A stretch of 64,000 bases of DNA from a virus. The notes below the pieces were generated by a model. It worked only from the letters and a program-made list of their open reading frames with translations. It made no database searches and was not told the DNA's origin. Shown here in pieces: positions 49,555-60,494 of this stretch (its first letter is position 1; each line of letters begins with the position of its first letter). A program made the position numbers and the translations under genes. The stretch lies in IMG/VR virus record IMGVR_UViG_3300045988_089178. The stretch is one strand, 5' to 3'.

Positions 49555-49797
49555 TTATTCCTCCATAATAGTAATTGGCATAATGCCTTCTGGTTCTTTC
49601 TCGTTGTCAATAGTAATAGTGGCAGTGACGAGTTGATACTCTTCAACTATTTCACCTTTTTGCTTAATATATTTAGTAGTGTATTTAAATGAAGTTAATT
49701 CTCCTACCGAGGTTTTTTCTAACCATTTGCGCAATCTAAGAGCATCTTCTACAGTAGGCACCCTATAAGTATTTGTAGACTTTAAATTATAAAACAT
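49555..49797 (-). CDS. hypothetical protein
   Basis: Track ORF 49555-49854 trimmed to the ATG preceded by SD GAGGGA. Confidence 0.4.
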   Translation of the reverse strand: MFYNLKSTNTYRVPTVEDALRLRKWLEKTSVGELTSFKYTTKYIKQKGEIVEEYQLVTATITIDNEKEPEGIMPITIMEE

Positions 49798-49798
49798 A

Positions 49799-50065
49799 TT
49801 AAATTCCCTCAACTGTAATTTTACTATTTGAATACATATTTTTTTCCAAATCATTTACAAGTTTATTGATTTCTCCTGTTATTGCAAAAGGAGCATGAAC
49901 TTGTATACTATATATTCCATTTCCATAAGCAATTCCTACAAGCGCTTCAGCTAATCCATTAATATCAGAGCATACTTTCATTTGTTTTTGTAGTCCATCA
50001 TCAACAACATATACAGCAGATTCCATAGCAAATGGATCATAATTTACAATAATAGCATTTGTCAT
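49799..50065 (-). CDS. hypothetical protein
   Basis: Intact track ORF. Confidence 0.45.
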   Translation of the reverse strand: MTNAIIVNYDPFAMESAVYVVDDGLQKQMKVCSDINGLAEALVGIAYGNGIYSIQVHAPFAITGEINKLVNDLEKNMYSNSKITVEGI

Positions 50066-50067
50066 AC

Positions 50068-50406
50068 CTATATCACCCCTTTTGTATAATCAAAGAACGC
50101 ATACATATCACATTTCTCTCCATGTAAAATCCAAATTTCTACAATATTTCCATTTATTTCTATTGCCTTGATTTCTCCAAGTGTCTTAGAAACAGAAATA
50201 ATCTCGCTTGCCATTTTATTTTTATTTACATCGTTTTCATAGGTAAATAAAGTAAAATATTTATTATCGTGATTAAGCATCATATAATATCTAGAATCAT
50301 TGGAATCTAAGAATGTGATAATATTTTCTTTAGCTTTCTCTAATTCAGCCTTCGTCATTTTTGGAAGGGAGGCATATCCCGCTTGATTTAGCTCGTATAA
50401 AGTCAT
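50068..50406 (-). CDS. hypothetical protein
   Basis: Intact track ORF with SD AATGGAGGA. Confidence 0.45.
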   Translation of the reverse strand: MTLYELNQAGYASLPKMTKAELEKAKENIITFLDSNDSRYYMMLNHDNKYFTLFTYENDVNKNKMASEIISVSKTLGEIKAIEINGNIVEIWILHGEKCDMYAFFDYTKGVI

Positions 50407-50442
50407 ATCTAGTCCTCCATTTCTTTTAATATAATATCATAA

Positions 50443-50985
50443 TTATTTTATTCTGTCAACAATAATTGCACCAATAGCATTGCCTATTGTAACTACTATT
50501 AAAAATAATACTATATCAATAGAAAATACGCCTGCGGCCAGGGCGTAACAAAGATCGGCAATACAGTGTTCTCCGCCGAATAATATAAAACCTGTTACGC
50601 AGACTGGCACCATATAATCTTTATTTCTTTTAAACGAGGATACTGCTGAATATATAAATATGCCGCAAACTATCCCCTTTAAGAAAACTAAATATAGTGG
50701 GATCGCGATCTTAGCAGAGACTAGAGATAGGGCGGCTGCGTGCGGAAAGGCTAAGATCCCGCACGCTCCAATAATATTTCCTATTAAAATAATGAAGTTA
50801 TCTTTTATATCATTTTTGCTCTTGATATAACCAACTGAACCTGTAAATAATTTAAACTACATATTTAATATAGTCAGTAGGCCAATGGAAAACATAATAG
50901 CTCCAACTATACCTCCAACAGATAAGTAGATATAGCTAGCTATTGCTATCATTAATCCTCCTAAAATACTCTTTACAAAGTTCAT
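50443..50985 (-). CDS. polytopic membrane protein (small transporter / ECF-S-component-like), 1 in-frame TAG; alternative start 50952 with SD AGGAGG
   Basis: Hydrophobic 170-180 aa frame open from an ATGA overlap with the nrdG stop to TAA 50443-50445; missed by the track because of the TAG. Confidence 0.4.
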
Positions 50986-51455
50986 TTTAGATAAATTATT
51001 TTTTGATTGCGGCTTCCTCTAAGAGGTTCCGTAATATCTCTTTCATGTTCAATATATGGCCCATCAATTAGCACATCAACTAATTGGAATATATTCTAAA
51101 TAACTGTATCTGTTGAATTTTTTAAATCTTCATACAAGTATCCAGTCCATAAATAAACCTTTAAATCAGGAATTGTTTCTTTTGCGGTTTGTATTACCAA
51201 ATGAGTTAGAAATGTATTTTCTGGACATAGTGGCTCGCCGCCCATAATACATAGAGTTCTTTTAACTCCATTTGCAGTAAGCCCTTCTAAGATTGAATTA
51301 AGGGTTTCATGGGTAAATTCTTTTCCTCCATTAAAATCCCAAGTCTCTTGATTGTGGCAACCTTGACATCTATGAGGACATCCCTATGTAAAAAAACTCA
51401 AAGACACTCCAGGTGCGGCAGAAAAGTCATTTTTTATAATACCTGCATACTTCAT
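50982..51455 (-). CDS. nrdG: anaerobic ribonucleotide reductase activating protein (radical SAM, CPHRCQGC), 2 in-frame TAG
   Basis: ATG 51455 in ATGA overlap with the nrdD stop; CxxxCxxC cluster; stop TGA 50982-50984. Confidence 0.7.
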
Positions 51456-53665
51456 TCCATATACCCCACGTGTTTAATTCTCGCTTGTGTTTCGGCTACT
51501 TTTCCTTTATTAAAGGCTGTTTTATAATTTCCAGTAAGATATCCTGTTACGCGTCTTAACTGTTGAATATCTTCACTACCACACATTGGACACTTATCAT
51601 TAAATTCACCAGTATAACCACATTTTAAGCAAGTATCATTAGGGACATTAATTGCAAAATATGGAATATCATGATTCATAGCATAATTAACTAAAGTCTC
51701 TAATGCATCAATATTATTCTCCATACCACTATCAAGTTCAACATAAGTGATACAACCGGCAGAAGAGTAGCCAGTTAATTGGGATTCAATATCAATCTTA
51801 TCAAAAGGGGACATTTGTTTCCATACAGGAACATGAATAGAGTTAGTAAAGTATTCTTTATCACTTACATTTGGAATAATTCCGTATTTATTTTTAAATT
51901 TAGTCATAGCTGTATAACATAAATTCTCGGCTGGAGTAAAATATACTCCGAAATTTAGTTGATATTTTTCTTTATACTCAGCACATCTATCTTTGAATAA
52001 TTGCTCAATACGCTTAGCTAACTTCATTCCCTCTTCTGTGGTATGGTCTTTACCAATAAGAATTTGTAGAGTTTCAGCTAATCCAAGTTGTCCCATAGCT
52101 AAAGTTCCATGTTTTAAAGCGCTTCGAGTAGAAATTCCATCATATCCAGCCATTAAGCCGTTTTCATACATGAATTTCGCGGATTCCGCGGGTTGAGAAC
52201 AAATATACTCAAATCTCTCAAGAAGCATATCTTTAGCATCATTTATAGCTTGATCTAAGAAATCAATAAAAGTTTCAACACAAGAGTCGTCTCCGCTTGG
52301 CATGGTTTCCCAATACTTTTTAGCCTCCATAGCCAATGTTGGCATAATAATTGTTACTGGACAAATATTTCCACGACCATCTTTTTGTTGGCCTAATCCA
52401 TTAATGTCGAACCCATTCGCAGTTCTACAACCCATAGTAGAGAAGTATGTCTTAGGATCATTTTTATCATATCCTGCATTTCCGCTCCAATCAACATTGG
52501 CATAATTGGGATATAATCTTAAAGCAGTAGATTTTAAAGCGATTCTGAATAAATCATAATTGGGATCACCAGGAGCTCGATTAATTCCTTTTGCACATTG
52601 AAAGATGCCACAAGGGAAAATAGAAGTTTTGTGAAGTCTACCAAGTCCCTCAATAGAAACTTCAAGTAAAGCCTTAATTACCATTCTCCCTTCTGGAAGA
52701 GTACAAGTACCATAGTTAATAGAAGTAAAAGGTAATTGATTTCCAGATCGAGACTACAAAGTATTTAAATTATGATACATACCTTCAACTGCTTGATGAG
52801 TCTCTCTTTCTGTCATATCTATAGCATATTGATACGCATTTGGGTATTCTTTATATATTTCACTATCAATAGGAAGAGTAGAATTTAATCTATCATCCAT
52901 AGATAAAGTATGTTCAACATAAACAAGTCCATCATTAAAATGTTTATAAAAACTCTTTCGTACATATGGAACCATAGTCCAATCCAAGTGAGTAGCAGAT
53001 ACTCCACCAAATTGTTGTAAACTCTGTAGTTGGAAAATAACTGCAACAAGCTGGAAAGCGGTATTTACAGAACCCGCGGGGCGCACATCAGTTTGTCTAG
53101 TATTAAATCCCTTTTCAAGTAAATCATCGAAAGGAATAGAAAGACAGTTGTGCATACCTACAGCATAAGCATTTAAATCATGAATATAAATTCTATTATT
53201 TTCATGATTTACTCGTGATTTATTAGAAACTAAATAATCAAGAGCATACCTTTTCATTTGTAAATCTGACGCTGCTCCAACTCGTCCGCCAAATGACATT
53301 TCATCTACATTGGCATTTTGGTTTTCAATATCAGAACCTTGAATCTTTGCAGAAAAGGCTTTAATAAAATCATCTTGGCCTTTTCTTGCAATCTCTCTTT
53401 TATATCTATATCTAATATATTCTTTGGCTACGTCTCTACGTTCAGATTTCATAAGATAATCTTCAACCATATCTTGAATTTTTTCAACGGAAACTACATC
53501 ATCAGATGTTTTTACAGCATACTTAATTTCATCTGCAATATCATTTGCTGTATCATCTTCATATAATGCCCCATCAACTTCGATGAAAGCTTTATTTATA
53601 GCGTTAATAATACGCTCTTTATCAAATGGTACTAGGATACCATTTCTCTTTCTTACTTGAAGCAT
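51452..53665 (-). CDS. nrdD: anaerobic ribonucleoside-triphosphate reductase, 737 aa, single in-frame TAG at 52754-52756
   Basis: Track ORFs 52754-53665 (ATP-cone VRKRNGILVPFDKERI) and 51452-52684 (CPMCGS zinc ribbon, RVTGYL glycyl-radical region) are in one frame, joined through TAG; stop TGA. Confidence 0.8.
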
Positions 53666-53733
53666 ATATAAAACAACTCCTTGTATAAAATTTTTAGTTG
53701 AACACTATATATTGTAATTTAAGATATAATTGT

Positions 53734-54279
53734 TTAATAAAATTGTCCAAATATAGTATCAACAGCGACATCAATATCTTCTAAGGTGTCGTTTTTAAGA
53801 GTTTTATATTTTATATCATCAAGGAAATGAAAGTCTTCCGCATCTGCTTTGTATCTTCTAATAATTTCATTTACGTCAGGATTTTCTTCTCTATTTAACT
53901 ATCTTAATAATCTCTATTTACCCGCGGCCCGCACATAAAATACATAAAGCTCAATATTGTCATCTTCTTGCAGACATCTTACTCCTTCAGGGTTAAAGAC
54001 CCCTATATTTATTTTGTCTATTGTTAGACTTTTTCTATCTGTACCATAATGCCAATCATTAAATTCTGTTGCTTCTAGCATATCTCCATTAAGAACTTTT
54101 TTTGTAAATTCATCAATAGATAGAAAATAATAATTAACTCCTTCTTTTTCCCCTTCTCGCGGAGGGCGTGTAGTACAACTGATAATTTCATTGAAATAAG
54201 AAGGATATTTCTCCATAATACTATGGAGAATAGTATCCTTCCCACTTCCTGCTTCACCCATTAACGCTACTATCTTCAT
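53734..54279 (-). CDS. guanylate/deoxynucleotide monophosphate kinase-like protein, 2 in-frame TAG
   Basis: P-loop GEAGSGKDT and TTRPPREGE motif. Track ORF 53914-54306 ends at a TAG and continues in frame to TAA 53734-53736. Start placed at the ATG with SD (overlaps the dnaE end). Confidence 0.55.
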
Positions 54280-57200
54280 CCTCTTCTTCTCCTTGTTTTC
54301 TTTCACTTCTTAAAATTAAGTCTGTACCATTGACAATTTCATCAATGTGATAAAGTTGATGACCTCCAGAACTTGCATATTTCTTTGTTACAAATTCATC
54401 TCCGCGTCTAATTCCCTGCACAACAATCATATTACCTCTATTAAACCATGATTTTTCTATGACCTTTTTTGTGCCATCTTCGTTTCTCTGGAAAGTTTGC
54501 TTATCAAACAACGCGAAGTATTCTTGTCTAAACTTAACCGCTACAACTCCAGTGGTGGTAAGAAGATATACCGTACTTTTTACTTTATTTTTTGCAATAC
54601 AAGTTCCACAAATCTTATGTAGCTTATAGATAGGAATTAATGAAGCACCCTTTTTAAATACCTTATCTACCTGAGGTTCTTCTGGTAAACTAAAGAAGTC
54701 TACAAAACCATACTTACTATTGTTGATATTTGATAATTCATGGTCATGATAATAAAAGCACAAAGATTCCATTTCCCAAGAAGAAATATTACCAGAAGCA
54801 TATTTCTTCCAATCTTCCATAAAGATTGTAGTATTTAAGTCATCTAAAATCTTTTCTTTGTTTTCTGCAATCCATGCTCTAAATACATCCATGTAACTTT
54901 GATAAACCTTATCCCAAGATTTTATATCAATATACCAAATTAAATTATCTGTTTCAAGCAGTTTTTCGCAATCAATTTCAACTAAGAAAGTTATTGCTCT
55001 TTCATCTAGCTTATACTTACCTGCATTATATGGGTCTTTACATTCTGCCTTTAAATATCTATTAAATTCGTAAACTCTTTTGGGCATTACAAATTTTTCA
55101 TCATCAGGAATGAGATTATATCTCATTAACCCAGGTAGATTTTGTAAAGTAATTCTTTTCTTTTTATCACAGGTAATCCATATATATTGAATCATTGCTT
55201 CCATCCTAGGATGAAACTGATCAAATCCTCCGCCCTTAATTAAAGAAATCATTGCTTGTTTATTTGGATGTACTTTATTAAAGAAATCAATTAAAGATAC
55301 ATAGGGGCGATTATCAACAATGGTTTTAATTAAATCATTGTTTACATTAGATAACCCTTTTAAACCAAACAAGATTTGATTATGTTCAACATCTGGTTTA
55401 AAACCAAAATCAGAATGATTAATGTCAACCAAAGACACTTTTATACCAGCATTACGAATTTCTCCAATGGCTTTAGCAATCTTGGTATAATCTGATTGTT
55501 CTCCTTCTTCTTCATTAATGGCACCGCTATTGACAATAAGATATGCTGTATTCCAATATACTGGATTAAAATGGGTAGCAAGATAAAGAGTTTGCATACC
55601 AATAAAGCTATAAGCAAGAGCATGGATAATAGAGAAACTATAGCCCATTTGCGGGCCGATGCCATAATTCCATACATATTGTCCTAATGCTGGAGACTTT
55701 GCAGAATTTAAAACTTTTTCTCTTAATTCTGGAATTTTGTTCATTTGCTTCTTACCAACTATTTTTCTTGCAGTATTAGCTTCAGCTAACGTAAATCCAC
55801 AAATATTTGGGTCTTGAAGCATAGTCATCATTTGTTCTTGGCTGGGAGGCACACCATAAGAACGTAAGAAATGAGGTTCAAGAATTTTTTGTTCTTCTTT
55901 TGTTAAACCCTACTGATCCATTTCTTTATACCAAAGAGAAATATTATTTTTAAAACGAACATACTTCTCCATTGGAGTTTCTGCACCCTTTTCCGCAGTC
56001 ATTAGTCTCATCAATCCATTAGCGTCCGCCATTTCGTGCGGATTTTGAGGCTTAATCTTTTTTGCTGCTTGAGCACCAACACTAGAATCAAATTGGAAAC
56101 AGCCAAGAACATCTCCATTGGCAAGAGCATCCCACATTTTTTTATCGTCTTGTGGGAGGACAGATGGATGGAGGTATTTATTATAGACTTCACGCAATGT
56201 TAAATCTTTTTCAATAGCGCCATCTTTTTGCAATAGCTCAATAGTTTGAATAATAATATCCTGTACTGCTGTAAGCAAGAAATCATACTTGACAGATCCA
56301 GCGGCTTCTTGATCATGAAGATCCCATTGAGTAATTAATGCTCCTTTTGGAGTTCTCATTACTGCGGCTGTATCAAAAATATTTTGATCAAATAAGATTA
56401 CTCCAGAAGCATGACTCGAACGTTTATTTACTAGTCCTTGTATTCTAGTAATAATATCTAATAATCCAGGATACTGATTCACAGTATTTACAAAAACTGT
56501 AACAGGTTTACGACCTTTTTCTGGATTACCATTAACTACATCCTCAATAGGCCATAAGAAACCTCTTTCTTGTGGAATAAGAGAACTCATATATTGAGCC
56601 ATATCTACATCAATTCCATCAGGATAATCTTCTGAACGATAGCCTCGACAAGCTGTTAAAATCGCAGATTTAGTTCCTTCTGTGCCAAAAGTACAAACTT
56701 GTACTAAGCCAAGTTCTCCTCGTTCTTTTCTAATCTCCGCGAAAATCTTTTGAATTTTTGATGGTGCCAAATCTAGGTCAATATCACCAAGTTCAGTTCT
56801 TTCATCGTTAATATAGCGCCAGAAAGGAAGATCCCATTCAATGGGATCTAGTTGAGTGATTCCAAGAAGATAATGGTTCAAAGCAGCACAAGCTGATCCT
56901 CGCCCCGCGCCTACGGTACTTCCGCAATTCCAGAACAAATCTACATAGTGTTTTAGAGTATTTGGATATGCGAACATACAAGTTCCTAGTTTTTCTCCAA
57001 TCACTCTCTTTACTCTTGCTTCTTCTTCTAATCTTTCAAGATATCTAGGATCATTAAATAAACCTTTTTTCTGCAAAGCAATAATACATTCATTTACCCA
57101 ATATCTTTCTTGAATATTATCGCTCCAAATCAAACTAGATAGAACAGGATATTTATCTTCCCACTGATATGGTACAAACCCTTTTTTATAATCTGTTACT

Positions 57201-58135
57201 TCTACTTCTGGAATTGATTGATGACGTTCAAGAGAATAAAATTCAATTTTATCTTTCATTTCGTTTGAGCATTTAAAAATCCAATCAATTATGCCTTCGT
57301 CATAACTCAATCTAAGAAGTTCTCTAGTTTCTTGTTCATCCATCAAATGAGTAAACTCATAGAAACTATCAACCTCTCGTTCTCCACCCTTAGAATTAAG
57401 ATACGCTTTATGAACATATCTATCTTCTTTTGTTAAGTAATGCGCATCTGTTCCAATACACATATTTATATTAAAAGCCTCAGAGATACTTAACATTCTT
57501 TTATTTGCGATAATTTGATCTGGATAAGAAGCGGGAGCACATTCAATGTAAAAATCATCTTTACCAAATACATCAATGCAGAATGTCATAAAATCAACAA
57601 TTTGATTATGGTATCTCTGTGCGTTAATTTCATCTTTAATTTCTTCACAATTATGAAGATTTAAAATGGAACTACCAAGTTCTCCACCAATACAAGCAGT
57701 AGTCCCAATAATATGACCCTTAAATCTCTGCATTACATCTTTAAGCTCAGATTTAAGCAAAGGAACGCGTTCCATTCTACGGTCATAATATCCATTCATC
57801 CAAGCAATAGAGGATAACTCCTTTAGTCCTCTATATCCTTCTTTATCTTTCGCGATTAGGATAAAGTGATAATACTTTTGTCCTAAATCTCTTGTATCAG
57901 TTAAATAAATCTCATTTCCTAATGCAATCGTAAAATCGGGATTTTGCTCCCTAATTTTCTTTGCATATTTATTTACTCTCATATGCGCCGAAAGGCTTTC
58001 GTGGTCTGTGATAGCAATTCCCGTCAATCCGACTTCAATAGCTTTATCAATCAGTGCCTCAGGTTTATTTATACAATCTAGCAAACGCAAGTTACTAAAC
58101 TCCGTATGCGCATGATTGTTAAAGTACATACCCAT
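54254..58135 (-). CDS. dnaE: DNA polymerase III alpha subunit (DnaE-type, N-terminal PHP domain), 1293 aa, single in-frame TAG at 55910-55912
   Basis: Track ORFs 55910-58135 (MYFNNHAHTEFS PHP motif, polymerase core) and 54254-55852 are in the same frame, joined through TAG; stop TGA. Confidence 0.8.
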
Positions 58136-58178
58136 AATTATACCTCTCTTATTTTCTTTATACTTACATTATAGCATA

Positions 58179-59360
58179 TTAATTCTTTAATATCAATGTA
58201 AGTTTTTCAATGGCCCTTGTAACTGTAGTATATATCCATCTAGCGTGTTCAATTTTATCAAATGGAAATGATTCTTCTAATACTAAAACCTTATCCCATT
58301 GTGAACCTTGTGCTCTATGTCCAGTAATTGCATAACCAAAATTAAACTCAATAGGAAGATCTGGATTTTCTTTATTTCTCCTAATTAAATATTCTTGTTG
58401 AGGAGTAAAAAACTTTTCTCCAGTAGTTAAAGCGGTATAGTCAATACCAACTTCTCTATATGTATCATTTGTTGTTTCAATATCTGCAAATAAAACAGGA
58501 GCAGACACTAACTTTCCAGCGAGGATATAATCAATAGATTCCATTCTTTTAGTTTTAATATATCCAACAGAGCCATTTATGAGTGGATTTTCATGTTTTT
58601 CAGAGCAAGTATCCCAACAGTTCCTCAAACAAATAATCTTATCATCTATTTCTGGCTCAAATCCTCTACCTAAATCATCTCTAATATAAGAATTAATATC
58701 ATGCCTACTTTTATTGGTAGATACAAGAATCTAGTCTGCCCAAAAATACATTCCATCGCACAGATCATTTTTCTTAAAAACTTGAGCGTCATGACCGCTA
58801 AAAGGAGATAATCTCTTTCCTTCTCTAATATCCATGCTAAGGCAAATAATATCACTTTCTTTTGCTTGACGCATTACTTCATCAAGAAAAATATGCGGAT
58901 TATCCAAAATATGATTATCTTGTTTCTTATCTATTGGAGGAATCTGAAAAGGATCTCCGCAAGCTATTACATAGATATTATGACTTAAAAGCAAATCCCA
59001 CATATCTTTAGGAAGCATACTTACTTCATCTACAACAATTACTCTATAAGGCTTTTCAAGAACAGTCCTTGGTTTATAGAAAAATTTACCATTTGGCATT
59101 TGCTTACTATAATATAACAATTTATGCGCGGTCATAGCATTATGGCAACCTTTTTCTCGCAATACCTCTGAGGCTTTTCCTGTAAAAGTAATATATGCAA
59201 CTTCTTCTTCTGGATCTACCTCAAGAGCTGCTATAATAAAATTAATCAAGGTACTTTTTCCAGTACCTGCGTAACCCGCTATTACAGTATAGGGCTCGTT
59301 GTGATTATATCTATCTATTGCAATGCGCAATCCTTCCTCTTGTTTACGAGTTAATTCCAT
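58179..59360 (-). CDS. Dda/RecD-like SF1 helicase, single in-frame TAG at 58731-58733
   Basis: Walker A GYAGTGKST, Walker B VVDEVSM and C-terminal ITGHRAQGSQWDKV. Track ORFs 58731-59375 and 58179-58628 are in the same frame. Start chosen at the ATG with SD (the track starts at 59375). Confidence 0.65.
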
Positions 59361-59604
59361 TTTTCCAAACCTCATAACTAATATTTTCTTGAACTCTATA
59401 ACCCTTTTTCCTTAAATAATCAGCAAATTCATCAGAAGTCATCCAATTAAAAACATATCCTTCAAAAATAGGATGATCTTCTAAAAATGCACCATAATCA
59501 TCTTCTATTCTATCCATAATATCATGTATATCCATATAACCTATTATATACTTATCTATTTGAATAGAATCTAAAAATTTTATAGTTTGTTTTAATTCTT
59601 CCAT
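59344..59604 (-). CDS. hypothetical protein
   Basis: Intact track ORF. Confidence 0.4.
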   Translation of the reverse strand: MEELKQTIKFLDSIQIDKYIIGYMDIHDIMDRIEDDYGAFLEDHPIFEGYVFNWMTSDEFADYLRKKGYRVQENISYEVWKNGINS

Positions 59605-59640
59605 ATTTTACCTCAAAAAATAGTAAAACCAATTTTAGTT

Positions 59641-59678
59641 TCTGCGGACGGTCGTCTAGGTTCCGGCCAGCCCGCAGA
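59641..59678. other. GC-rich hairpin (stem TCTGCGG/CCGCAGA with internal GGTTCCGGCCAGCCCG) in an otherwise AT-rich intergenic spacer, followed by a T-rich tract on the + strand
   Basis: Contains CCGGCCAGCCCG, resembling the CCGGCGCCAGCCCG core shared by the DGR TR and VR. Confidence 0.45.
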
Positions 59679-59687
59679 TATTTTATT

Positions 59688-60455
59688 TTAACTTACAAAA
59701 TAATTATATGCGATTATCGCATTATTTTGTCGTACTGTATAACTTCCAGAACCGCATCTTTCATAGCATTTCGCGAACGCTAAAGCAGCATCAGTTATAC
59801 TTGTCATATTTAGAAAATCTTCGTAATCAAACCCTCTCTTATAGGCATGACCGAATGTATTAAACTCATATTCAATAGTATTTTCCAAATAATTGCATTG
59901 CTCTTCTAATGAGGCTCCCCAAACCTCAGAATACGCCTTATTCCATTGACACATTCCATAATATGAAGAATTACCTAATTCATATTGAATGTTCAAGGTA
60001 TTACCACCAACTTCAGTCATTATATTACCAAGTATTCCAGCACAAACTTGATTATTATAACCTAGGTTTTTGAAATAGCTCCATATATATGTTGCTACCG
60101 GGTACTCTTTCTCCTTTTGATGCCAGTGTTCCATGAGGTTATCATATACGTTTTGATAGGATTGTCTTAATTCATTAGCTTTATCATATTCATTTACGGC
60201 TAACTCAATAACATCATGGTTTTCAGAATAACCTAATTGCCTAGCGGCATCAGCCATTTGATGTGCGGCATTCATGTTAGAAATTTGTTCCGCAATAAGC
60301 TCAATCAATGTATCTAAATCATTATAGGTATAACTTGTATTGCTGTTATACTGAACTGAATATGCTGATGCAACAGAAATAAATGGGCTGTTGCAACTAC
60401 ACATTATAGATAATAAAATGATTAAACTTAGTATAATACTCATAAAACGTCTCAT
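59688..60455 (-). CDS. secreted protein with N-terminal signal peptide and lysozyme-like domain (possible peptidoglycan hydrolase)
   Basis: Track ORF 59688-60491 trimmed to the ATG with strong SD AAAGGAGG; signal peptide MRRFMSIILSLIILLSIMCSC; motif GILGNIMTEVGG...YGMCQWN. Confidence 0.4.
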   Translation of the reverse strand: MRRFMSIILSLIILLSIMCSCNSPFISVASAYSVQYNSNTSYTYNDLDTLIELIAEQISNMNAAHQMADAARQLGYSENHDVIELAVNEYDKANELRQSYQNVYDNLMEHWHQKEKEYPVATYIWSYFKNLGYNNQVCAGILGNIMTEVGGNTLNIQYELGNSSYYGMCQWNKAYSEVWGASLEEQCNYLENTIEYEFNTFGHAYKRGFDYEDFLNMTSITDAALAFAKCYERCGSGSYTVRQNNAIIAYNYFVS

Positions 60456-60494
60456 TGTGATTGTTTCCTCCTTTAGTAAGAGGTTGCGCAATCA

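Noticed and set aside
59641-59678. Remote second VR or second DGR target at the GC-rich hairpin
   Set aside because: Similarity to the TR is limited to about 12 nt of the GC-rich core and does not extend into the AAC-rich body. It is kept only as a low-interest finding.
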